A model generated the notes under the pieces. It was given only the letters and a program-made list of their open reading frames with translations, did not search any database and had not been told where the DNA came from. This document shows positions 8,601 to 18,032 of a stretch of 64,000 nucleotides of DNA, in pieces. Made by a program: the position numbers and the translations under genes. Numbering within the stretch: position 1 is the stretch's first letter; each line of letters starts with the position of its first letter. The DNA lies in NCBI GenBank assembly GCA_012519745.1, contig JAAYPO010000068.1, positions 3,154-67,153 on the forward strand, in the 5' to 3' direction. Source of the stretch: Clostridiaceae bacterium. GTDB lineage: Bacteria; Bacillota; Clostridia; Acetivibrionales; DTU013.

Positions 8601-9176
8601 CCCCGCCAGATCAGAATACTCTATGGTGCTGATTTTCTGGACCTCGTGGGAGGTCCTGAAGCCATCGAAAAAGTGGACGAAGGGGATCCTGGATCTGATG
8701 GCGGCCAAATGCGCCGCACAACCCAGGTCCATGACCTCCTGCACATTGGCTGAGGCCAGCATGGCGGCACCTGTCTGCCTGCAGGCCATGACGTCCTGAT
8801 GGTCGCCGAATATGGAAAGGGCATGGGCTGCAAGGGCGCGGGCAGAAACGTGCAGCACGCCGGGCAGAAGCTCCCCCGCCATTTTATACAGGTTTGGTAT
8901 CATCAGCAGCAAGCCCTGTGAGGCTGTATAGGTAGTCGTCAGTGCGCCTGCCTGCAGAGAGCCGTGCATGGCGCCTGCGGCACCTGCCTCGGACTGCATT
9001 TCTACAACATTTACTATCTGGCCGAATATGTTCTTTTTACCATGTGATGCCCACTCGTCGACATATTCTGCCATGGGTGATGACGGCGTTATTGGAAAGA
9101 TCGCGGCGACCTCGGTAAATGCGTATGAGGCGTAAGCTGCAGCCTGATTGCCGTCCATTGTTGACATTTTCATCAA
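5658..9176 (-). CDS. nifJ: pyruvate:ferredoxin (flavodoxin) oxidoreductase
   Basis: 1172 aa. The N-terminus GNQAAAYASYAFTEVAAIFPITPSSPMAE is typical of the family. Two 4Fe-4S ferredoxin motifs are present (CIQCGRCSYVCP and CTGCGNCADVCP), as is the TPP-binding block IIGGDGWAYDIGYGGLDH. Confidence 0.97.
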   Translation of the reverse strand: MMKMSTMDGNQAAAYASYAFTEVAAIFPITPSSPMAEYVDEWASHGKKNIFGQIVNVVEMQSEAGAAGAMHGSLQAGALTTTYTASQGLLLMIPNLYKMAGELLPGVLHVSARALAAHALSIFGDHQDVMACRQTGAAMLASANVQEVMDLGCAAHLAAIRSRIPFVHFFDGFRTSHEVQKISTIEYSDLAGLVDIQAVSDFRNRALNPEHPVARGTAQNPDIYFQGREASNKFYDRVPSIVEDCLKDIERTTGRSYHLFDYYGAPDAEYVIIAMGSVCDTVNETVDYMNAEGKKTGAVRVRLYRPFSEKHLLDAIPKSAKGIAVLDRTKEPGSPGEPLYLDVCKAYYSVSGQKPLIIGGRYGLGSKDTRPSQIAAVFENIMSNEPKDGFTIGIVDDVTYTSLPEGDIIETTPAGTISCKFWGLGSDGTVGANKSAIKIIGDNTDLYAQAYFSYDSKKSGGTTVSHLRFGPNPIRSPYLVYNADYIACHNKSFLYNYDILKGLKKKGVFVLNCPWNADELETNLPAKLKRYIAQNDISFYTIDAVKIAGDIGLGNRINMIMQTVFFKLANIIPVEDAIKYLKASIESAYGRKGRKIVDMNNQAVDLSIGALHEVSVPKEWADAPDESRTPETLPDFIHRIQRPMARHEGDELPVSAFNGIEDGTHPLGTTAYEKRGIAIMLPQWQPNNCIQCGRCSYVCPHATIRLFLLDEQEAAKAPENYTTLKAAGKGLENMRFRVQVSPLDCTGCGNCADVCPTSEKALIMVPAEEETEKQDDNWEFSLSLAPKENVMDKKTLKGSQFVQPLLEYNGACPGCGETPYVRLITQLFGDRMMIANATGCSSIWSASSPSISYTTNSKGKGPAWANSLFEDNAEFGFGMYLGVNQIRERIADLMRQSMEQELPASVKQAFGAWLESKDDGEASEAASANVLKALSETDLKDNRLLEEIMSKKDYLTKRSFWIIGGDGWAYDIGYGGLDHVLATGADVNLLVLDTEIYSNTGGQSSKATPAGAVAKFASAGKHMKKKDLGMMAMSYGYVYVAQIAMGANMNQTIKALTEAENYKGPSLVIAYAPCISHGIKSGMGTSIAEERKAVDTGYWHLYRFNPELREAGKNPFQLESRKPERPYRDFLTGEVRYTQLMNVFPDLAENLFQQSEAHAQDRYEAYRRLCGQ

Positions 9177-9298
9177 GAAGCACTCCTTTATTCTAAACTA
9201 AGCATTATTGTTGTATTATTTCAAAAATATGATCCAATCATGTATCAGCTTGATGCAGGGAATTTGATATACTGCATGCCGATACAGCAATGGGGTGA

Positions 9299-9327
9299 TT
9301 GAAAATATCATTTAAAAATAATATAAT
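9299..9327 (+). promoter_or_regulatory. sigma-A-type promoter for the REC-GGDEF / kinase operon
   Basis: TTGAAA, a 17-nt spacer and TATAAT, about 67 nt upstream of ATG 9394. Confidence 0.6.
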
Positions 9328-9393
9328 AGATAAAGCATGAGTTTTGTCGAGTATCTGCGATTGGTATAAGATTATTGATAAGTGAGGTTCAGG

Positions 9394-11352
9394 ATGGAAA
9401 TTGAAAACAAAAGAATCCTCATAGCTGACGATAACAAGGATATACATGATGACATCAAGTATATCCTTGAGACTTCTTCCGGGTATATGGAGGACTATCA
9501 GGAAACAAAGCTCCTGAAGGAGGAGCTGTTTGGAGAGAGCCGGCAGAGCCCTGCAAATAAGGCTGTAATAGATATAAAGTATGATATCGATGATGCTTAT
9601 CAGGGGAACGAGGCCATTGAAATGGTCAGCAGGGCCAGAGAAGCCGGAGAACCTTATTCGCTGATATTCATGGATGTCAGGATGCCGCCGGGGATGGATG
9701 GGATCGAGACAATAGAGAAAATATGGGAGATCGACCGTGATGTGGGTGTAGTGATATGTACCGCATATTCGGATTACTCCTGGGATCAAATCATTTCAAA
9801 GCTTGGGCACAAGGATAACCTTCTGTTTATAAGAAAACCCTTCGACAATGTATCACTGAAGCAGATAGCTCTTGCCATGACTACAAAATGGAGCCTGAAA
9901 ATGCAGGTGAAAAAGCATATAGGAACCCTTGAGCAGGAAGTGGACAAAAGGACAATGGAGCTTAAGCTGACCGTTGAGAAGCTAAGGGATGAAATAGTGC
10001 TCCGTGAAGAAAAGGAGAAGCTTTTGGCGTATAGCGCCCATTATGACTCATTGACTGAGCTGCTCAACAGGAGATCCTTCTCTGACTCCGTCAAATCACT
10101 CATCGATGAGGAGCCGAGCCGCTGCAGGTCGTTTTCACTATTCTATCTTGACCTTGATGATTTTAAAAGCGTCAATGATATTTACGGTCACGATATCGGA
10201 GACCAGCTGCTGATCAAAGTGTCAGAGAGGATAGGAAGGATGCTGGATGAGCATGCATGCTATGTGCCGGACTATGTAAGCGAGCACGGAAAGGTAAAGG
10301 CTATATTCAGACTTGGAGGAGATGAATTCACGGCAGTTGTAAATGAGACAGACCGAAGGGCTGTGGGAAAAATAGCGCAGTCTCTTATTGACTCGATCAG
10401 TGAGCCTTATATCATCTCAGGGCATGAGGTAGATGTTTCCTGCTGTATCGGTATCAGCATATACAAAGGGAAGGATACTCCGATAAATACATTGCTGAAG
10501 TATGCGGATATAGCTCTCTATGAAGCGAAGAAGGTACACAGCACATATAGGTTCCATGAACTGTCGGAGTCATATTCCTACATCAATGAAAAAAGGATCG
10601 AGAGGGAATTAAAAAAAGCCATCGCCAGGAATCAGATCGATGTATATATGCAAAGTCTGGTCAACACCAGGGATGAGGTCATCGGAATGCAGTCGCTGAT
10701 CAGGTGGCTGCACCCGGAATATGGTGAGCTTGAGCCCGGGCGTTTTTTGCATATCGCACAGAAATCCGACCAGATCATTGTCCTTGGCGCATATGTTATC
10801 AGGAAATCACTGGAGTATCTAAAAAGGATACATGAATCCGGCCACGACAAGCTTTTTGTGATGGTCAGCTGTACATCCAGGGAATTTTACCATCCGGGTT
10901 TTGTTGACAGCATAAAGTCGGCGGTCAATGAAGCAGGCATAGCGCCGTCATATCTGAAGCTTAATCTGGAGGACAAGTTCACCTTCCAGACTACACCGGG
11001 TGCCCTGGCTATTATTCGGGAGCTCAATGAGTTCGGGGTACAGTTTGCCCTCAATGGCTTTGACAGTGATTATCCTGCATTCGTTTTCCTGCAGCAGGTC
11101 CCGAAGGATACTATGATCAAGCTTAACAGAGCGTATGTCAAAAATATTGCCACAGATACAAAAAACCAAAAATTTCTGATGGCTCTTATGGATATCATTG
11201 AGACCTGGGAACTGGATGTGATCATAAGCGGTATTGAGACCCAGGAGCAAAAGAGCATCCTTGATTCAAGGGAGTGTATACTGCAGGGGTATCATTTCAA
11301 TACACCCAAGCCCATCGACCAGTATCTGAAAGATCTTGCGGCAGGAGAATAA
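9394..11352 (+). CDS. response regulator: REC + GGDEF (intact) + degenerate EAL domain
   Basis: From ORF 9382..11352, with ATG 9394 preferred (GTGAGG RBS). REC blocks: ILIADDN, FMDVRMPPGMDG, VICTAYSD, IRKPF. GGDEF domain with RLGGDEFTAV. The EAL-like domain has its key residues replaced: GMQSLIRW, VSCTS, LNLED, NGFDSDY, KLNRAY, SGIET. QGYHF is retained. Confidence 0.85.
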   Translation: MEIENKRILIADDNKDIHDDIKYILETSSGYMEDYQETKLLKEELFGESRQSPANKAVIDIKYDIDDAYQGNEAIEMVSRAREAGEPYSLIFMDVRMPPGMDGIETIEKIWEIDRDVGVVICTAYSDYSWDQIISKLGHKDNLLFIRKPFDNVSLKQIALAMTTKWSLKMQVKKHIGTLEQEVDKRTMELKLTVEKLRDEIVLREEKEKLLAYSAHYDSLTELLNRRSFSDSVKSLIDEEPSRCRSFSLFYLDLDDFKSVNDIYGHDIGDQLLIKVSERIGRMLDEHACYVPDYVSEHGKVKAIFRLGGDEFTAVVNETDRRAVGKIAQSLIDSISEPYIISGHEVDVSCCIGISIYKGKDTPINTLLKYADIALYEAKKVHSTYRFHELSESYSYINEKRIERELKKAIARNQIDVYMQSLVNTRDEVIGMQSLIRWLHPEYGELEPGRFLHIAQKSDQIIVLGAYVIRKSLEYLKRIHESGHDKLFVMVSCTSREFYHPGFVDSIKSAVNEAGIAPSYLKLNLEDKFTFQTTPGALAIIRELNEFGVQFALNGFDSDYPAFVFLQQVPKDTMIKLNRAYVKNIATDTKNQKFLMALMDIIETWELDVIISGIETQEQKSILDSRECILQGYHFNTPKPIDQYLKDLAAGE

Positions 11353-11353
11353 T

Positions 11354-13918
11354 ATGTATAAACGTATCGGTCCGGATCCGCACAAAAAAAGATATACCTT
11401 TGGCTTTCTGGATGAGAACATCGATAATGATTTTCACAACCTGATCCTGGAGGGCATATCGGAGGCCGCCCGGGAGCTGGACATAGATGTGATCAGATTC
11501 AGCTACTATTCCTCCCACATAGCCTACAAATTTTCACATCAGGTAGATATGGTCCTTGATCATATACAGCAGTACGATCTTGACGGACTGCTGTTTCTCG
11601 GCTGGACCCAGGCAGGGGCGATGTACAATCATGAGGATTTCATGCGGCGTTTCGGTTCCATGCCTTTGTTGAGCCTTGGTACTATTTTCGATGATATACC
11701 GTCTGTCTATTTTACGGGTGATGAATTCATTGCAAAGATGACACGCCATCTCATAGAGGTGCACAACCTGACAAGAATAGCTTATGTAGAGCATTACAGA
11801 GCCGATAACAGAAGGGATGCCTATGAACGTGTCATGCGTGAATACGGGATATATGATCCCAGGCTGTATGTGGGGAATGATGTGCTTCCATCAGGGATGG
11901 ACCAGCATCAGGAGAGAAGCAGGAGAGCTGCGCAGGTCCTGATGGACGAGAGAAAGCTTGATGTCCAGGCAGTTATATCACCGAACTACAATGAAACCGG
12001 TTTTTTAATAGATGAGTTTCAGTCCAGAGGCTTTAGCGTGCCTGCAGATATTGCCGTCGTCAGCTACGAGGAGGGCGATTTTGCAGAGTACTCCTATCCC
12101 GGATACACTACGGTGTATTTTCCCTGGAGGGAGCTTGGCTATGTTGGCTGCGTGAAGCTGGAGAAGCTTGTAAGGGAAGGCAGCATACCCATGGAAACGG
12201 AGCTGTCCGATTATGGCAGGATAATATACAGAGAATCCTGCGGATGCCTCCCATATTATGTAAGACCGGCAGACGCGGAGCGTACCGGTGATTCGGTACA
12301 TGGTGTCGACGGCATGACTGCCTTGGAGAAATGTAATATCGTGAATTCGCTTTACTCGTTGTACGAAGGCTGTGGTATATCCTTTGAGAAGCTGGTAGAT
12401 GCATTTATAATTGCATTCATATGCAGGGATGGCATGACCTTTCTCAAGGAGGCGGAAGAACAGCTGCGAAATATAAAGGCACATTCCAAGATAAATGAAT
12501 TGGCAACCGATATCAGAAACCTGATCTACCCGTTCTTACTTACAGATATCAATGGGATGTTGTGGTCAGGCAACCTGTTCATGCAGTTCCAGGCCCTTGT
12601 CAGTGAAAAGACGGCATGTATGCACGGAGTAGAGGTGCTCAGGGCAAGGATGATGGACCAGAGCCTGCAAAATCTGGACCAGCGGCTGTTTTTGAATTTC
12701 TCGCTCCACCATCTCATTACCGTACTGGAAGACGGATTGAAAATGCTTGAGATAAACAGCTGCCATATTTTTATATCAAATTCTATTTTTACCGGCACAG
12801 ATGTGGAGGAAAATCTTTTTGACAACAGTGTGCTGCTGTTCAAGTATGTAAACGGGAAAAGGATAGAGACATCCCAAATGGCAGGCAGCCTGAAGCAGCA
12901 GCTGGCCATGATCCGGTCAGAAGGGATAGGACAGGTATCGCTGGCCTATTTGCTGCATGTGACAGATGAAATAATGGGATTTGTGCTGTTTGGTCCGGGT
13001 GCGGGACCGCTGGATGAGATATTCTATCAAACCCTGTCTACCAACATCAGTACTTCCCTGCATGGTATCGTGCTTTTGAACAGGCTGGACCAGGCTTACA
13101 GAAAACTTGTGGAGCATGCCCAGAAGGAAGGGATGGCTGACATTGCTGCAAATATCCTGCACAGCATAGGAAACACGCTCAATAGCATGAATGTCTCACT
13201 TCATCTGGTGGAGGAAAGCTCCGGGGCACAGCTGTTCAGCGACATCATCATGGCGGGCGGGCTGCTTGGTGAAAACATGATGAGGCTGGAGGAGTTCATC
13301 AGCTCGGATGTGAGGGGCAAAAAGCTCATGCAGTTTTATCTGAAGCTGGGGAATGCCGCCGAAAGACTGCAGCTGCAGCTGATCCAGAACATGTACAGAC
13401 TCAAATCAAAGATTGCCGCCATCAATGATGCAGTTGCGGCACAGCAAAGCTACGCAGGGATAGACGTAAGGCTTGAGGAGCTTTTGCTGGAGCCCATAAT
13501 CGAAGATGCCCTCAAGCTGAACAAGGATACCTTCGACAGACAGTCCATCACTGTCGCCAGGGAGTATGAGCCCGGCTTCAGGGCGCTGGTACACAGGGCA
13601 AAGCTGTTTTTTATCATTTTCAATATCATTTCAAATGCCAGAGATGCAATGAGCAGTTATCCTGCAAATAATAAAACCATCTCGATAAAGACATACACGG
13701 ACAACTCCGGAAAGTATCTGAGGATAAGCGATAATGGCAGAGGTATCCCGGAGGGCAGTCTTGACAGAATATTTGAATATGGATTTTCCACCAAGGAGGG
13801 CCGCTCCGGTTACGGACTGTACAGCTGCAGCAGATATATGGAGGATATGGGCGGAACGATCCATGCCGAAAGCGACGGGAAAGAAAAGGGAGCGTCCTTT
13901 GTTCTCAAGTTTTCATAG
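11354..13918 (+). CDS. soluble sensor histidine kinase with N-terminal LacI/periplasmic-binding-fold core domain (paralogue 1)
   Basis: From ORF 11336..13918. ATG 11354 (AGGAGA RBS) lies 1 nt after the RR stop. LacI-core-like blocks: GFLDENIDNDFH, DGLLFLGW, RIAYVEH..RRDAYERVM, DIAVVSYEEGDF. I see no HTH, signal peptide or TM segment. H-box ANILHSIGNTLNS, N-box FNIISNARDAM, G1 DNGRGIP, G2 GYGLYSC. Confidence 0.75.
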   Translation: MYKRIGPDPHKKRYTFGFLDENIDNDFHNLILEGISEAARELDIDVIRFSYYSSHIAYKFSHQVDMVLDHIQQYDLDGLLFLGWTQAGAMYNHEDFMRRFGSMPLLSLGTIFDDIPSVYFTGDEFIAKMTRHLIEVHNLTRIAYVEHYRADNRRDAYERVMREYGIYDPRLYVGNDVLPSGMDQHQERSRRAAQVLMDERKLDVQAVISPNYNETGFLIDEFQSRGFSVPADIAVVSYEEGDFAEYSYPGYTTVYFPWRELGYVGCVKLEKLVREGSIPMETELSDYGRIIYRESCGCLPYYVRPADAERTGDSVHGVDGMTALEKCNIVNSLYSLYEGCGISFEKLVDAFIIAFICRDGMTFLKEAEEQLRNIKAHSKINELATDIRNLIYPFLLTDINGMLWSGNLFMQFQALVSEKTACMHGVEVLRARMMDQSLQNLDQRLFLNFSLHHLITVLEDGLKMLEINSCHIFISNSIFTGTDVEENLFDNSVLLFKYVNGKRIETSQMAGSLKQQLAMIRSEGIGQVSLAYLLHVTDEIMGFVLFGPGAGPLDEIFYQTLSTNISTSLHGIVLLNRLDQAYRKLVEHAQKEGMADIAANILHSIGNTLNSMNVSLHLVEESSGAQLFSDIIMAGGLLGENMMRLEEFISSDVRGKKLMQFYLKLGNAAERLQLQLIQNMYRLKSKIAAINDAVAAQQSYAGIDVRLEELLLEPIIEDALKLNKDTFDRQSITVAREYEPGFRALVHRAKLFFIIFNIISNARDAMSSYPANNKTISIKTYTDNSGKYLRISDNGRGIPEGSLDRIFEYGFSTKEGRSGYGLYSCSRYMEDMGGTIHAESDGKEKGASFVLKFS

Positions 13919-13934
13919 GAGATGTGATGATATT

Positions 13935-16469
13935 ATGGGACGGAGATTTAGAATAGGCTTTGTGGATGAGGATACATATGACGAATATCACAATTTACTG
14001 ACCAAGGGCATACTGGACTCTGCATGTCAGAATAATATGGATATCATACGTTTCAGCCACTTCCACTATCAGGTCACCTCATCAAACCCGTATCATGAGA
14101 GCGTATATATCGGGCTGATCCGCCAATTCAGACTGGATGGGCTGATCTTTTTGGGATGGGAACGTACTGCCTATAACAGCAGCTTTTTTGAGAGCATGAA
14201 GGATATACCCATGGTCAGTGTGGGTGTACGATTCGACAATGTGGCCGGTGTATATTTCAGAGGCCAGATATATGTAGCTGAAATAATCAGGCACCTGATC
14301 AATGTGCACGGGATGAAGAAGATAGCCTTCATCGCTCCCATCAGGCCTGATGACAGGACGGATGCCTATTTTGAGGTCATGGACAGCTATGGTATGTACG
14401 ACCCCCGTCTTTTCATCAGCCATGAGGAATTATCCGGCCTTGACCAGAGTGAAAGGGGCAGGAGAGCCGTCGGGATCCTTCTCGATGAAAGAGGACTGTG
14501 CCCGGAGGCAATAGTTTCGCTGTATAATGAGGAGACCTTCCAGATAGTGAATGAACTGCAGAGAAGAGGACTTAGGGTCCCGGACGATATAGCGGTAACA
14601 AGCTATGAGGACGGTGAGACCGGCAGATTTTCAATGCCGGCCTTCACAACGGTGTATTTCCCATGGAAGGAGCTTGGGTTCCATGCCTGCGAGGTGATGA
14701 ATGCGCTGCTGACCAAGGGAGAGGTACCTCTGGAAACGATAGTTCCCGGCAATTTGATCTATCGCAGCTCATGCGGATGTATCCCCCAATCGGCGATCTC
14801 CATGGAGACCGGAAGTATCCCGTATTCAGATATCAGGTTCGAGGACCTTGACGAGGACGGACTAAAGAGGATCATCAACGGCATTGCGGAGATGACACCG
14901 TTTGATGCGGCCGAGGCAGGTGCACTGATGGATTCCTTCAGGGAAGCCTTTTACAAGGGTGAGCACAGTTCCTTCCTCATGAAGTTCGAGATGATGCTAA
15001 GGAAGGTGCGTTTTTATGATGAATTCAGAGAATTCAAGCATATAACCGTTGTGTTCCGGAAGCTGCTGATGCCCTATTTCCTTCCGTACGCAGGAGTTTC
15101 TATGGAAAAACCGGTGTGGGCCGACAATATGTTCCATCAGATGCAGGTAATCCTGCAGGACAGGCTGGCAAATGCGTGGTTCCGCAAGGATGTGGAATAC
15201 AACAAGCAGAAGCTTGCCCTGAGGGAAGCAGGGAAGGTATTGTTGACCAGCTTCAGTGTGGAGAGCTTATTTGCAACACTGGAGGCCAATCTGCCCGGTC
15301 TTGGCATAGACAACTGCTGGCTTTATCTCTTTAATGACAGAGAGGGAACGGATATCCCTGATGATTTCCGTCCGGAGTTCATATTCAGGGACGGCAGCCG
15401 TGCTGCGGATCAGAGGCTGTATGACAAGAGCGGCCCCCTATGCCTGGAGGATATATGGTTTGATGATGATACGCCTCATTTCCTGATGTCGCATCTGTTG
15501 TATCAGGGTGATCAGTTCCTTGGTTTCTGTGTATTTGAAACCGGGCTGATGGATGTGAGGATAATCCGCAGCCTCAGTATCCTGATCAGTATAGCTCTCA
15601 ACAGCACCATATTGTTTGAGAAGCTGGACCAGAGCTATAGAAAGCTGATGGAAAAGGCCCATAAGAAAGGGATGTCGGACACCACAGCGATACTTCACAA
15701 CATAGCGAATATAATGAACAGCATCAATGTAACATATCAGGGCCTTGCCGGCATTATCGAGGGAAGTTGTGTTTACGATCTGAAAAGAGCCAATGAGATG
15801 CTGGAAGGCAAATTTGAGCAGTTGGATGATTTTATCAGGAACGATCCAAAGGGAAGGCTCCTGATGCAGTATTATCTTTCCTTCGGCGATTCATTCAGGC
15901 AGCTGCAGAGCAGGCTGAAGGAATATGCCTCCAGAATGCTGGACAAGACCGGCCTTATCGAGGATATCATCAACTCGCAGCAGAGCTTCGAGGGCATCAG
16001 ATCCAATCTGGAGCTGATGGATATCATACCTGTATTGGAGGACGCGCTGAAAATGAGCCGGAATATAATTGACACCAGCGGCGTACAGGTCGTCAAAAGA
16101 TATGACAGACAGGTCAAGGCTCTGGCACAGAGGACTAAACTGATACACATACTGATCAATATCATAAAGAACGCGGTGGAATCGATGCAGCATGGCAATG
16201 CCTCTGATAAGGTACTGACCATCGAGGTGACCTGCGATAGAGAGAGTGTCTATCTCCGGATTTGTGATACAGGACCGGGCATAGAAGCAGGAAAGCTTGA
16301 AAGCATTTTCGCCTATGGCTTCACTACAAAAACCACCGGACATGGCTTTGGGCTCCATAGCTGTGCAAACTATATGGCTGAAATGAAAGGGAGGATATGG
16401 GCGGAAAAGCCTGAAACAGGCACAGGCGCTGTCTTTGTGATGCAATTCAGGTCTCAGCCCTCCCTTTGA
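13935..16469 (+). CDS. soluble sensor histidine kinase with N-terminal LacI/periplasmic-binding-fold core domain (paralogue 2)
   Basis: From ORF 13734..16469, with the start moved to ATG 13935 (MGRRFRIGFVDEDTYDEYHNL; AGGAG RBS). It is collinear with the upstream kinase: DGLIFLGW, KIAFIAP..DRTDAYFEVM, DIAVTSYEDGE. H-box TAILHNIANIMNS, N-box INIIKNAVESM, G1 DTGPGIE, G2 GHGFGLHSC. Confidence 0.75.
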   Translation: MGRRFRIGFVDEDTYDEYHNLLTKGILDSACQNNMDIIRFSHFHYQVTSSNPYHESVYIGLIRQFRLDGLIFLGWERTAYNSSFFESMKDIPMVSVGVRFDNVAGVYFRGQIYVAEIIRHLINVHGMKKIAFIAPIRPDDRTDAYFEVMDSYGMYDPRLFISHEELSGLDQSERGRRAVGILLDERGLCPEAIVSLYNEETFQIVNELQRRGLRVPDDIAVTSYEDGETGRFSMPAFTTVYFPWKELGFHACEVMNALLTKGEVPLETIVPGNLIYRSSCGCIPQSAISMETGSIPYSDIRFEDLDEDGLKRIINGIAEMTPFDAAEAGALMDSFREAFYKGEHSSFLMKFEMMLRKVRFYDEFREFKHITVVFRKLLMPYFLPYAGVSMEKPVWADNMFHQMQVILQDRLANAWFRKDVEYNKQKLALREAGKVLLTSFSVESLFATLEANLPGLGIDNCWLYLFNDREGTDIPDDFRPEFIFRDGSRAADQRLYDKSGPLCLEDIWFDDDTPHFLMSHLLYQGDQFLGFCVFETGLMDVRIIRSLSILISIALNSTILFEKLDQSYRKLMEKAHKKGMSDTTAILHNIANIMNSINVTYQGLAGIIEGSCVYDLKRANEMLEGKFEQLDDFIRNDPKGRLLMQYYLSFGDSFRQLQSRLKEYASRMLDKTGLIEDIINSQQSFEGIRSNLELMDIIPVLEDALKMSRNIIDTSGVQVVKRYDRQVKALAQRTKLIHILINIIKNAVESMQHGNASDKVLTIEVTCDRESVYLRICDTGPGIEAGKLESIFAYGFTTKTTGHGFGLHSCANYMAEMKGRIWAEKPETGTGAVFVMQFRSQPSL

Positions 16470-18003
16470 ACCCTACCGAGGAAAGGGCTGCCATAGCGGC
16501 AAAGCAGACTGTGACGATACCGGCGGCACGTATAAACATCGGTGCGGCTGCAAGCAGATTGCCTGCGGCAAGGGCTGCCAGCCATGATGCTGTGCCTGCA
16601 AGTATGAGCAATACGATATCTGACAGTTTGATCTTTATCTCACAGATCTTTTTGATTTCATTCATATTCAGAATAAATGATGTAACCGATGTGAGCATTA
16701 TGGACAGTCCGTATCCATATATATTCAGCACCGGTATCCCGGCAAGTACGGTGGTCTGGACAAGGTTCTGCACTGAGTGTATCAGAGAATTCTTCAGCAG
16801 TATGTTCTGCTTCCCCAGGGCATTGAGTATTCCGAAGGTGGGGGAGGAGATAAAGGTGATAAGGCAGATGGGAGCAGAAAACCTTATCATTGCACCAAGA
16901 TCGCTGCGCTGGTAGAAAAGCCTGCCAAGGGTTTCCGGAATGACCATGCACACTATGGCAGTAGATATCCCTATCATGCATGATATCCTCATGACCTGGG
17001 CGATCCTCTCCTCTGCCGACCAGTAATCCTTCCTGCTGATATTGAGAGAGACGTCGGGGACCAGGACCGTGAGCATGGAGCCGATTATCAGGAAGGGCAG
17101 TGTGGATATGTTGAGGGCCATGCCGCCGAATCTTCCGATGAGCGCAAGGGCTTCCCGATAGGAAAAGCCTGCGGCTATCAGCCTGCGGGGGAGTATCAAT
17201 GCACACACTGTGGATATTACCGATGACAGGACGCCGTTCACACACAGCGGAGCGGAAATGACCAGCACATCGAAAAAAAGCTGTATCCTTGACTTGACCC
17301 TCGCGCCGCCGTTTCCTTTGTATCTGGCTTTTTTGACCCTGTAGCAGATGAACAGAGTCACCAGACTTATCATTTCTCCCAATGCCAGCGCAAAAAAGGC
17401 AATGGCAACTGTACCTGCCACACTTTCAGGCCGGAGCAGTGCAATGGTCCCAAGCAATATCACTACTCTGAGGATTTTTTCGAGGATATCCACTGAGGCG
17501 GTTATCTTAAACTGCCCCATGCCATAGAAATAGCCCTTGATCACTGCGGAAAGAGGCACGAACACTAGAGCAGGCGAAAGGATCATCAGAGCGTCCGAGG
17601 CCCGTGCATCCCGGACAAAATGGACTGCGATGGTCCTGTGGAACACCACCACCATCAGAGCAATGAAGGCGGCCCAGGCGGCGGCAAGTACAAAAACTGA
17701 GCTGAGCGTCCGGTTTAGATTTCCATATTCCTTCCGGCTGAAGTATACCGTCGATATTTTTGAAATTGCTGTTATGATGCCGTCGGTGGTGATGCACAGC
17801 AAAAGCGCGTAGACAGGCATTACCAGACCATATAGCCCCAGGCCCTCGGCCCCGAGCTTTCTGGACAATATAATGGAAAAGACAAAGGCGATGATGCCTG
17901 TTGCCATATTGGATAAGGTCAGCATTAGAGAATCCCTGTAAAATTTGTCTACACGTCTCCATATCCGGGATCCTTTGATATGGGCAGCGGATAATCTTCT
18001 CAT
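16447..18003 (-). CDS. spoVB: stage V sporulation protein B-like MOP/MurJ-superfamily flippase
   Basis: 518-aa polytopic membrane protein. The N-terminus FYRDSLMLTLSNMATGIIAFVFSIILSRKLGAEGLGLYGLV aligns with recalled B. subtilis SpoVB (FLKGTLILIAAGMVTRMLGF..IGEEGVGLYMM). It lies 29 nt downstream of tgl. The start has no clear RBS. Confidence 0.65.
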   Translation of the reverse strand: MRRLSAAHIKGSRIWRRVDKFYRDSLMLTLSNMATGIIAFVFSIILSRKLGAEGLGLYGLVMPVYALLLCITTDGIITAISKISTVYFSRKEYGNLNRTLSSVFVLAAAWAAFIALMVVVFHRTIAVHFVRDARASDALMILSPALVFVPLSAVIKGYFYGMGQFKITASVDILEKILRVVILLGTIALLRPESVAGTVAIAFFALALGEMISLVTLFICYRVKKARYKGNGGARVKSRIQLFFDVLVISAPLCVNGVLSSVISTVCALILPRRLIAAGFSYREALALIGRFGGMALNISTLPFLIIGSMLTVLVPDVSLNISRKDYWSAEERIAQVMRISCMIGISTAIVCMVIPETLGRLFYQRSDLGAMIRFSAPICLITFISSPTFGILNALGKQNILLKNSLIHSVQNLVQTTVLAGIPVLNIYGYGLSIMLTSVTSFILNMNEIKKICEIKIKLSDIVLLILAGTASWLAALAAGNLLAAAPMFIRAAGIVTVCFAAMAALSSVGFKGRAET

Positions 18004-18032
18004 AAGTAAAAACTATTCAGGTCTTGAGCCAA

